From Clostridiales bacterium (lineage in GTDB: Bacteria; Bacillota; Clostridia; Acetivibrionales; RGIG10202), in assembly GCA_017961515.1 (NCBI GenBank), contig JAGCXC010000082.1, forward strand, positions 7,092 to 71,091: DNA of 64,000 bases. Direction: 5' to 3'. Both the position numbers and the translations under genes were made by a program. The notes under the pieces were generated by a model. The model was not told where the DNA came from and did not search any database. It worked only from the letters and a program-made list of their open reading frames with translations. Shown here piece after piece: positions 29,840-38,117 of the stretch (positions within the stretch are counted from its first letter, which is position 1; each line of letters starts with the position of its first letter).

Positions 29840-29893
29840 ACCAAGTGACAAGCGAGTGTGAATCCCATGATTTTAAACATGAGGAGCCGTCAA
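29840..29893 (+). repeat. Solo copy of the IS200/IS605-type right end, inverted relative to the copy at 9862
   Basis: The reverse complement matches 9880-9918 with 1 mismatch in 38 nt (ttaaaatcatgggattcacactcgcttg[c/t]cacttggt). It has the hairpin and ends in GTCAA. Confidence 0.7.
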
Positions 29894-29916
29894 GTAAGTT
29901 TGAGTAAGGGACAATA

Positions 29917-29945
29917 TTGCCATGTCGTGTGAGATGATATATAAT
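29917..29945 (+). promoter_or_regulatory. Sigma-A type promoter of the ankyrin gene
   Basis: TTGCCA, 17 nt spacer, TATAAT. Confidence 0.55.
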
Positions 29946-29989
29946 CTTTTCTGAAAGTTGGTACTAATAAGAAAAGGAGAATAAGAAGT

Positions 29990-32900
29990 ATGGGCAAAGA
30001 ATTACTCAAGGTTTTTGGATCGGAAGATGTATCAAGGGTAGAAAAGGTTTTAAAACGGATAAATACAAAATCAGAATTAAGACAAACAGAAGAAACAACT
30101 CAGGTGGCAGGAGAATTTTCTAAAGATGATTTAATGGCAATACATTTTGCATGTGAACAAACAGAGACAGGAGTAGTTGTGACAAAAGATAAATTTATGG
30201 CAATACATATTGCATGTTGTTGGGGAACATTAGATATTGTTGAAAAGTTATTAGATAAGAGTATATTGTTAGGAGATCCAGATTATGTAAACGCTGTTAG
30301 TGAATTCGGTTGTAGGCCGTTGTATGCAGCAATTGGTATGGGTCATGAAGATATAGCGTTGAGATTAATAGAAAGGGGAGCAGATATAAATAAGGGACAT
30401 GACAATACATGTACACCACTTATTATAGCATGTAAGATGGGCTATATGTCGGTTGTAGAGGAATTGATAAAAAGAGGTGCAGATTTAGATAGAGTTACGA
30501 ATGAAGGGATTACAGCATTAAATAGTGCATTTTATTATGAACATGAGAAAATAGTGGAAAAACTAATAGATAGTGGTGCTGACTTAGATAAGGCAAGGAT
30601 TGATGGGATTACACCTTTATATATTGCATGTGAAAAGGGGTATAAGGAATCAGTGAAAAAGATGATAGATAGAGGTGTAGATGTAAATGAGGCAGATAAG
30701 AACGGGATTACACCACTATTGACAGCATGTTATTTTAGACACCCACAATTGATAAAGGTACTAGTAAGTAATGGCGCAAAAATAGATAAAGTGAATCAAG
30801 AGGGAACTACAGCGCTATATATAGCATGTCAGAGGGGATATAGTGAAGTAGTAGATGAATTAATCGATATGGGGGCTAATTTAAATAAAGAGGACCAAGA
30901 GGGAAGCACTCCATTAGCGACAGCGTGTCAGAATGGATTTGAGAGAATAGTAAAAAGATTAATAGATTGTGGAGCAGATGTGAATAAAGCCAAGTATAAT
31001 GGAGTTACGCCATTATACTTAGCATGTCAGAATGGGCATAAAGAGATAGTGAAAGAATTGATAAAGAAAGGTGCCAATATAGAAAAAACAAGTAATAATG
31101 GAGTTTCTTCGTTATTGATTGCATGTCAAAGTGGGCATAGAGATATTGTAGAGGAGTTAATAGATTGTGGAGCAAAAATAAATGGCGCGAGTAAAGATGG
31201 ATCTACGCCAGTATATATAGCGTGTCAGAATGGACACAAAGAAGTAGTGGAAATTTTATTGAAAAAAGGTGCGGATTTGAATAAGGCTGGAGATGATGGT
31301 ACTACACCATTATATATGGCATGTCAAAGTGGGAAAATAGAAATAGTGGATGAATTGATAAAGAATGGCGCTGATATAAATAAAGCTGCTAATGATGGAG
31401 GTATACCATTAGCAGTGGCATGTGAAAGAGGATACAAGGAAATAGTGGATAATTTGATAAAACATAATGCAGATGTAAATATAGCTATGAATAATGGTAT
31501 TACACCATTATATATAGCGTGTCAGAATAAGCATAGGGAAATAGTAAAGGAATTACTAATGGCAGGCGCGGATGTAAATAAAGCTATCTATAGTGGAGTT
31601 ACACCACTGTTAATAGCGTGTCAGAATGGAGATAGGGAAATAGTAGATAAATTAATTGAGATGGGTGCGGATGTAAACAAGGGGGAAAGAAATGGAATTA
31701 CACCTATATGTATAGCTTATGTAAAGAGAAACATAAGCATAGTTAATAAACTTCTAGCATCACCGGGAATAGATGTAAATTTGGTTACAGGGTGTGGCGG
31801 GAATACATTGTTACATCTTGCATGTAGTATAAAAGATTTTTCTATGATAAAAAAATTATTGTCAGCAGAAGATATAAACGTGAATGTGATTAATGCAAAA
31901 GGACAAAAGCCATTGGACTTGGTAAACAGGGAAGAGAGAGTAAAAGTAATTAAAATAATAAAAAAGGAAACATTAAAAAGAATACCAGTTTTATGTGAAA
32001 AGGGGAACATACAAAGTATAGATAAACAATTAGATATAGTAGGAGATATAGATGCGTTAAATTTAGGGAAGTGTTTAGATAAATCAAATGACGAAGTTAC
32101 TCAGTATTTATTAGATAAAGTGGGTGTGGTTAAGGTAGCAGAAGCGTTACAGTACATAGGTGGTGATGTGTATGGGCGCGTGTTAGATAAAATATGGAAT
32201 AAGAGAGATGAGTTAAAGGGAGAAGAAGAGCAGAAAAAGTTGTCATTAGAACTAAAAAGAGCATGTAGAGATGGAAATGAATATAATGTTCGAAAGTTAT
32301 TAGATTTTAATATAGATGTATCAAAGGACCAGTCATATATAAATGCGGCTTGGGGGAATAGTTGTATAGTGGAGATATTGAGAAAAAGAGGAGCAAAGGA
32401 GGTATTACAAAGAACAATTACTACACGAGAAGAAATTTCGCAGCATAGTAAAGATGAGTTGCTGCTAAGTGCAATTAATGAAGGACGGGTTAGTGAAGCG
32501 AAAACATTGTTATACAATAAAGCTAATGTTAATGCAGCAAATGAGACGGGTGTTAGTGCACTGATGAATGCTATAATTAAGGAAAACAAAGAAATAATAT
32601 CTGCATTGTTAAAGAGAAATGTAGATATAAATGCAGTTGATAATAACGAGAGAAGTGCTCTAATGTACGCTATTAAAAAGGGAAATGTAGAAATTACAAG
32701 GGAATTGAAAGATAAAGGAGCTAAATTAAACATAAGAGATGGAAAAAATAAAAGTGTGCTTATGTATGCATTAGAGCAGGGTGAAAGCATGGAATTTATT
32801 ATAAATGATACTATAGCAGAAGCTGATAAGGACGATATAGATGATCTACATAAGGATTTGTTGATGTATGCATGTGAAGGTGGATATATGCCTACAATAA

Positions 32901-33193
32901 AACAATTGGTAAATCTAGGAGTAAACCTAGATAATGTAGATAACAATGGCTACACAGCGCTGGGTAGGGCATTTGATAAAAGGCATATGGAGGTAGTAAC
33001 ATATCTCATGAAAAAAGGTGCGTGGAATGCTGGGAAAATAGCCAACATGGCTGAATTTTGTAAATTGCAATCAAGAGTTGAAAGAGGTGTACCACTGAAA
33101 GAAGAGGGGAAAAAGAAAAGATTATCAAGAGGGAAAGAAATTGATAATGCTGCTATTTATGCTAAGAAAAAAGGAAAAGGAAGATTAAAATAA
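29990..33193 (+). CDS. Ankyrin-repeat protein (1067 aa, about two dozen ANK modules)
   Basis: A 33-aa periodic motif G.TPL..AC..G....V..LI..GA(D/N).NK repeats in two blocks. AAGGAG SD. No signal peptide. Lys-rich C-terminal tail. Confidence 0.9.
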   Translation: MGKELLKVFGSEDVSRVEKVLKRINTKSELRQTEETTQVAGEFSKDDLMAIHFACEQTETGVVVTKDKFMAIHIACCWGTLDIVEKLLDKSILLGDPDYVNAVSEFGCRPLYAAIGMGHEDIALRLIERGADINKGHDNTCTPLIIACKMGYMSVVEELIKRGADLDRVTNEGITALNSAFYYEHEKIVEKLIDSGADLDKARIDGITPLYIACEKGYKESVKKMIDRGVDVNEADKNGITPLLTACYFRHPQLIKVLVSNGAKIDKVNQEGTTALYIACQRGYSEVVDELIDMGANLNKEDQEGSTPLATACQNGFERIVKRLIDCGADVNKAKYNGVTPLYLACQNGHKEIVKELIKKGANIEKTSNNGVSSLLIACQSGHRDIVEELIDCGAKINGASKDGSTPVYIACQNGHKEVVEILLKKGADLNKAGDDGTTPLYMACQSGKIEIVDELIKNGADINKAANDGGIPLAVACERGYKEIVDNLIKHNADVNIAMNNGITPLYIACQNKHREIVKELLMAGADVNKAIYSGVTPLLIACQNGDREIVDKLIEMGADVNKGERNGITPICIAYVKRNISIVNKLLASPGIDVNLVTGCGGNTLLHLACSIKDFSMIKKLLSAEDINVNVINAKGQKPLDLVNREERVKVIKIIKKETLKRIPVLCEKGNIQSIDKQLDIVGDIDALNLGKCLDKSNDEVTQYLLDKVGVVKVAEALQYIGGDVYGRVLDKIWNKRDELKGEEEQKKLSLELKRACRDGNEYNVRKLLDFNIDVSKDQSYINAAWGNSCIVEILRKRGAKEVLQRTITTREEISQHSKDELLLSAINEGRVSEAKTLLYNKANVNAANETGVSALMNAIIKENKEIISALLKRNVDINAVDNNERSALMYAIKKGNVEITRELKDKGAKLNIRDGKNKSVLMYALEQGESMEFIINDTIAEADKDDIDDLHKDLLMYACEGGYMPTIKQLVNLGVNLDNVDNNGYTALGRAFDKRHMEVVTYLMKKGAWNAGKIANMAEFCKLQSRVERGVPLKEEGKKKRLSRGKEIDNAAIYAKKKGKGRLK

Positions 33194-33205
33194 TTCAGTT
33201 AAATT

Positions 33206-33270
33206 ATCTCCCACTAATGTATAGGATTTTTTTTAAAAAAATCTTTATATTAAGGTGAGAGATTTTTTTA
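33206..33270 (+). terminator. Long imperfect palindrome plus T7 (terminator of the ankyrin gene)
   Basis: Outer arms atctcccac / gtgagagat, inner gatttttt / aaaaaatc, then TTTTTTT. Confidence 0.55.
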
Positions 33271-33559
33271 TAATAAGTTTATCTAAAATTTAGCGATTCA
33301 TCTCTTAAAGTAAGGGATAAATTGCTAAAAAAATATTTGACAAAAACGTTTCAAAAAAAAGATATATTCCTTCTCCCAAATAATATAGTGAGTAAAGAGT
33401 GGAATCATGATAAAGATATTTATGGGAAAAATTTGAGATGTAGGTGGAGGAGGGGGAATTAATAGAAAATAGATTCACCTTGACACGTTTTGTATAGTTA
33501 TGCTATCATAGGAGTTGCTTTTAGTTATGATTATTTAGTAGTAGGAACCAAGAAAGAGA

Positions 33560-33790
33560 GTGAAAAGAAATGAAGAAAATATTAAAAAAGCAGCAGCTGG
33601 GATGTTGTGGTTAGGGGTTTGGGAAATAAAAATTATCCTCTGGGTATTTAAGATTATTACATTGTTTGCTGTGGGAGCTGTGCTTGTACCAGAAACACTA
33701 CCAATTATAGTTCAGTTTGTTTGTATTGTTGGATTAACAAGTATAATAGGTAAAGGAACAGATATGATGCCAATTTCAGAGGAGGTATAG
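33560..33790 (+). CDS. Small two-TM membrane protein (true start may be ATG 33602)
   Basis: Two hydrophobic helices, weak RBS, no family recognised. Confidence 0.4.
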   Translation: MKRNEENIKKAAAGMLWLGVWEIKIILWVFKIITLFAVGAVLVPETLPIIVQFVCIVGLTSIIGKGTDMMPISEEV

Positions 33791-33986
33791 ATATATAGCA
33801 AATTGAATAAATAATTATCCTAGAGCTAAGTTTAATTATAAAAATACTAACCAAATGCTGGAAGAATTATGTTTGTAATTAAAAAACGCTTATTCATATA
33901 TTTGTAAATATATATTGTATTTAACTACTCATATATATTATAGATAGCATATGTAACAACACATGAAAAAGAAAGGATTGATTTTT

Positions 33987-35096
33987 ATGAAACCAAAATT
34001 TTTCAAGTTTATTCTTATGACATTAGTAATTACTGGTTGTTTGTTTAAAACAAATGTTTTAGCAGAAAGTATTCCAGTATATCTAAATAATCAAAAAATA
34101 GAACTTTCAAATGATATTTTTATTGAAAACGGAAGAACTATAGTAGAGTTAAGAGCAATTTGTGAGGCATTGGGGTATGATGTTAATTGGAACGATCGGA
34201 ACATGGAAATAGAAGTAAAAAAAACAGGACAAAGGTTACATGTCTTATTTAAAATTGACGATTGTGAAGTTAGGAAAATGTATTTTTATCCAAATCATGG
34301 AGATGTATTGCATGAAGAAAAAACAATAGATATTGCCCCTAGAATAATAGAAGGAAGGACATATCTTCCGCTAAGGGCATTAGTTGAAGCACTTGGTGAT
34401 ACTATAGTATGGGATGCTAACTCAAGAACTATACATGTGACAAAGAATCCTAAGTATGATAGGATTAAGTCTTATAATCTTGAGGATAGGGACAATGATA
34501 CAAGAAATTATGGTTATTTGCCTCAAATAATAAATCCATCAGAGGGAGAACGTAAAATAAATGAAAAAATTATGTCAAGACTAAATGATAAAGACGAGGA
34601 CAGAATATTTAGTGAGAAAAAAACCAGTGTATTTCGAAACGATTATTCATATGAAATAAAAAATAATAAGAATAATATTTTTTCTATTCTTTATGATAAG
34701 ACTAGTACTTTTCATAAAGTAACTGAAGGGATGAATTATCCAGCAGTAAACTATTATTTTTATGATACATTTTATAAAAATACAGGAAAGAAACTAGAGA
34801 TTGGAGATATATTAAAAGGAACGGAGGAAAAGATAGGGAATATATTATTTGAAGAGTACCAAAAAGGTGGTAATCTTATGCCCAAAAATACAGTTGACCG
34901 TGGTTATTCACCTTTACTTGATTTTGAACTATTCGATTACGAATATTTAATAGATAATTATGATTTCTACATAGAAGGCAATTATTTATTTATAACCGTT
35001 GATTATTCTGAGGACTATTATTGTTTATTTGGAATAAATATAATTGACAATGCTTACTTATTTCAAGAAGATTTTTTAGAGAATTTTAATAATTAA
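33987..35096 (+). CDS. Putative lipoprotein with two copper-amine-oxidase N-terminal-like (stalk) repeats and a DUF4163/DUF3298-like C-terminal region
   Basis: MKPKFFKFILMTLVITGC lipobox. IENGRTIVELRAICEALGYDVNW and IIEGRTYLPLRALVEALGDTIVW repeats. The C-terminal region starts YLPQIINPSEGERKINEKI. Confidence 0.7.
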   Translation: MKPKFFKFILMTLVITGCLFKTNVLAESIPVYLNNQKIELSNDIFIENGRTIVELRAICEALGYDVNWNDRNMEIEVKKTGQRLHVLFKIDDCEVRKMYFYPNHGDVLHEEKTIDIAPRIIEGRTYLPLRALVEALGDTIVWDANSRTIHVTKNPKYDRIKSYNLEDRDNDTRNYGYLPQIINPSEGERKINEKIMSRLNDKDEDRIFSEKKTSVFRNDYSYEIKNNKNNIFSILYDKTSTFHKVTEGMNYPAVNYYFYDTFYKNTGKKLEIGDILKGTEEKIGNILFEEYQKGGNLMPKNTVDRGYSPLLDFELFDYEYLIDNYDFYIEGNYLFITVDYSEDYYCLFGINIIDNAYLFQEDFLENFNN

Positions 35097-35659
35097 TGAT
35101 TGAGTGGAAGAGGGGAATTTAATTTTCCTGACTTTCGGGGTTAAGATGAAAATATAGTGCTAAGCCACAAGTTAAAATTTGTGACTTGGCATTTTTTTAC
35201 TTGTGCAACAAAAAGGAAAGAAGATATTAATGGCAATTTTGTTTTTACTGATAATGTTTTAGAAGATGGACTAACAAAGATAGAGGTAAATAAGAAAGAT
35301 GATATAGTATGGTTGTCACTTAGAACAGATTGGTAATGAATTAAAAACGACAACAAAAGAATTGTTGGAATTATATGGTAAAACAATATCGAAGAAAATA
35401 ATAGTAAAATAGATTATTAGAGGGTGAGAAAGTGGTCTAAGAAAATTAATATCAATAATACAAATTAGTAAAGGAGGTTAGCTAAAATTATAGTTTGTTT
35501 TTTTGTAAATTGAGGTAAAAAGTAACACTACACAGATACAAATGGTAAAATTAAATTGCCGGTTTGAGGGTAAAAAAATGACACATAATTAAAACCATGA
35601 TACAATGTTAGTGCAACCAAACATCGAAAGAGAGTATATAATTATGTGTCATAATATAA

Positions 35660-35895
35660 ATGAAAACACAAAAAGAAAAAAAATAAACAGTTAAATTATG
35701 AAGAAAGATTAGCAATTGAAAGGTGGTATAATTATAGAAAAGAAAAAGAAAGAAGAGATAGCAAATCTTTTAGATAGGTGTGAAAAAACTATAAGGAATG
35801 AAATAAAAAGAGGACTTACAAAAAATCTTACAAGTGATTGGAAGGAGGTATATGTATATAGTGCGGATATAGCACATCAAAAATATTTTTTTTAA
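35660..35895 (+). pseudogene. IS30-family transposase N-terminal (HTH) fragment with at least 2 frameshifts; DDE domain absent
   Basis: Three frames read MKTQKEKK*, LNYEERLAIERWYN... and ...EEIANLLDRCEKTIRNEIKRG...YSADIAHQKY. The shifts fall in A-runs. The fragment ends at the tRNA-Leu promoter. Confidence 0.5.
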
Positions 35896-35901
35896 AAGGT
35901 A

Positions 35902-35930
35902 TTGACAATAGAATTAAAAGATAGTATTAT
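35902..35930 (+). promoter_or_regulatory. Sigma-A type promoter of tRNA-Leu
   Basis: TTGACA, 17 nt spacer, TATTAT. Confidence 0.55.
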
Positions 35931-35963
35931 AAAAAGGCAGTCAAGACAGAGCAAAGTTGATTT

Positions 35964-36052
35964 GCCGGAGTGGCGGAACAGGCAGACGCACAGGACTTAA
36001 AATCCTGCGGGAGTTAAATCCCGTACCGGTTCGATTCCGGTCCCCGGCACCA
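35964..36052 (+). tRNA. tRNA-Leu (anticodon UAA), CCA encoded
   Basis: Cloverleaf folded by hand. Anticodon stem cagga/tcctg with loop cTTAAaa, a long variable arm, and T-arm accgg-ttcgatt-ccggt. One A:C mismatch in the acceptor stem. Confidence 0.95.
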
Positions 36053-36057
36053 GTTAT

Positions 36058-36091
36058 AACAAATTTCAATTTTTTTGAAGTTTGTTTTTTT
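36058..36091 (+). terminator. Terminator after tRNA-Leu
   Basis: Stem aacaaatttc / gaagtttgtt (one mismatch) plus a T run. Confidence 0.6.
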
Positions 36092-36161
36092 AGGTCTAGA
36101 TAGGTATTATTAGGAGTTTGGTAGTGAAGTACCTCAAATAAACCAAGGAAGGGAAATTTTT

Positions 36162-37919
36162 ATGAAGAAGGCATTGAAGTATTTATGGATTATTACGGTG
36201 ATTTTAACTGGGTTTTTGGGATTCAATTTAAGGTACAGTAATGACGAACTAAACAAACATGTATTGTTTTTTGCTAATTTTAAAGAATTATTGGAGATGG
36301 AGAAGGATATAGGAAAAGCAAAGGAAGATATAGTAGATGAGCAAAAAAATGCTGGTATTGCTGGGGTACTAATAGACAAAGAAGATATATTGGAGTATAA
36401 CGATTTTTTGAAGAAAAATCGTTTAAGGCTGTTGCTTAAAATAGATAGTGATGGGGATATAAGAGAATATGAAAAAATTATAAAGGATTGTAAGGTAAAA
36501 TACATTTGGTTTGATTATGACGAGGAAAAAGAAAATAGAATTAAAAAAGGAAAGGAAAAAGGAGAGCTTAGTAAGACTATAGGTTATCCGGAGGATATAG
36601 ATTATGTAGTGAAGGTTATAAAAGAGAATAATCTCGTTGTTATAGCAAAGGAAAGAATTAGTCAGATAAGTATACAGGATACAAAGGGAATAAAAGATAT
36701 TATACGAAAAACTGATTATTCAGTAAATAGAATGTATAGTATGATGGATAAACAACTTATGCAATTTGATGATCGTGGACAGCCACGTATGAATGGAGAT
36801 AAATTGTTTTATGAACTTATGAGGGCAGTTGTAGATAGAGGTATAAGAGTAATAGAAATAAAATATATAAAAGAACTCAAAACTGGAGATACACCTGGTA
36901 TGATGTATAATGAAACTAACTTAGGAGTTAAAAAGCTTAGTAGTTTTATAAAAAAAATGGGTTATGATATGGATGGAGATCTAGAAAAACTGGATGCGAA
37001 AGAACTAAATATTAATTACTATCTTTTAGTTATTTTTGGATTAGCATTAACATCCGCTGCATATGGTAAGAGATTATTTAATACAGATAAGAAAACAACT
37101 TTTATTGTGTTTGCAGTATCTATGCTTTCGTTAATGATGGTTTTGCCAGTGAAAGGTATAGAAAGAAATTTAGCACTCCTTGCGAGTATAATATATAGCG
37201 CATTGTCGAGTTTGGTTGTGATGAGGATTTCAGAAACAGAAGATAAAAAGGTTATGCTAAAGAGTGTAGTATCATTTTTAGGGATAAGTTTTTTGGGTGG
37301 CTACACGGTGGTGTCGTGTCTTAGTAGTTTAAGGTATACAATGACATTGGATTTATTTAGAGGAGTTAAGATAGCATTTGTTATGCCGCTTATTATGTAT
37401 ACCATAAGTTATGCTATAGTGTATAATATCAGAATTTCAGATATTTTGTCTTATATTAAGAAAAAGAGTAAGCTAGGGATTGCGTTTGTAGTGGCGTTAA
37501 TAGGTTTTATATTTGCGATATACATATTAAGAAGTGGTAATTTCAAAATATTAAGAGCAAGTGCATTTGAGTTGAGGGTAAGAGAAATATTGGAGTATGT
37601 ATGGAAAGTACGCCCTAGGACGAAAGAGATAGCGATAGGATATCCAATGCTTATGATGTTTGTACATTTTAGAAAGAGTCAGAATAATATAATAAAGTAT
37701 ATACTAGGGTTTGGTATGACAATAGGTAGTATATCGGTTATAAATAGTTTTTGCCATGTTTTTACACCGATAGTTATTTCTATGTCAAGAGGGATAAATG
37801 GATTGATAACTGGAGTAATTATAGGAAAGTTATTGCTTATTTTGTTGACAAATGAGAGTTTGAAGAAATTTTTACAAGATAAAAAGTCAAAAATGATTGC
37901 CCGGTTTAGCAAGGCCTAA
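36162..37919 (+). CDS. Large membrane protein: soluble N-terminal half and polytopic C-terminal half (DUF5693-like)
   Basis: One N-terminal TM, about 270 soluble residues, then about 9 TM helices. It sits beside csaB/tagA, as I recall for DUF5693 genes. Confidence 0.55.
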   Translation: MKKALKYLWIITVILTGFLGFNLRYSNDELNKHVLFFANFKELLEMEKDIGKAKEDIVDEQKNAGIAGVLIDKEDILEYNDFLKKNRLRLLLKIDSDGDIREYEKIIKDCKVKYIWFDYDEEKENRIKKGKEKGELSKTIGYPEDIDYVVKVIKENNLVVIAKERISQISIQDTKGIKDIIRKTDYSVNRMYSMMDKQLMQFDDRGQPRMNGDKLFYELMRAVVDRGIRVIEIKYIKELKTGDTPGMMYNETNLGVKKLSSFIKKMGYDMDGDLEKLDAKELNINYYLLVIFGLALTSAAYGKRLFNTDKKTTFIVFAVSMLSLMMVLPVKGIERNLALLASIIYSALSSLVVMRISETEDKKVMLKSVVSFLGISFLGGYTVVSCLSSLRYTMTLDLFRGVKIAFVMPLIMYTISYAIVYNIRISDILSYIKKKSKLGIAFVVALIGFIFAIYILRSGNFKILRASAFELRVREILEYVWKVRPRTKEIAIGYPMLMMFVHFRKSQNNIIKYILGFGMTIGSISVINSFCHVFTPIVISMSRGINGLITGVIIGKLLLILLTNESLKKFLQDKKSKMIARFSKA

Positions 37920-37927
37920 TTTGGATA

Positions 37928-37956
37928 TTGACAAAGAATAGTTTTGCTGATATACT
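37928..37956 (+). promoter_or_regulatory. Sigma-A type promoter of the GT4-CsaB gene
   Basis: TTGACA, 17 nt spacer, TATACT. Confidence 0.55.
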
Positions 37957-37995
37957 GCATTTTAGAAATGTAAGTTAGCTTGTATAAAAGACGTA

Positions 37996-38032
37996 GGGAG
38001 TAATCTTATCGATGATTGATAAGGATACTCTC
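37996..38032 (+). promoter_or_regulatory. 15-bp leader hairpin in the 5' UTR
   Basis: gggagtaatcttatc / gataaggatactctc (one mismatch, two G:U pairs) with a 7-nt loop. A T6 run lies 20 nt downstream. Confidence 0.5.
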
Positions 38033-38117
38033 CCCGTGTTGTGGAAGTGGTGTTTTTTGTGCTATTTAAAAATGTTTTGCAGGGTGAATAGAAGACACAT
38101 AAGAGGTGGCAGTTGAT

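Noticed and set aside
29659-29880. 73-aa minus-strand ORF beginning MFKIMGFTLACHLV, with a similar MGFTLACHLV mini-ORF at 9887 on the + strand
   Set aside because: The shared peptide is only the translation of the transposon right-end repeat. The third copy lacks the ATG and the frame, and there is no RBS. The conservation is better explained as structural, not coding.
32101-32946. 281-aa minus-strand ORF, plus many other 60-170-aa minus-strand ORFs in the track
   Set aside because: They lie antisense to well-supported genes and have Ser/Leu/Phe/Ile-rich low-complexity translations with no RBS. This is the typical shadow of AT-rich, purine-rich coding strands.
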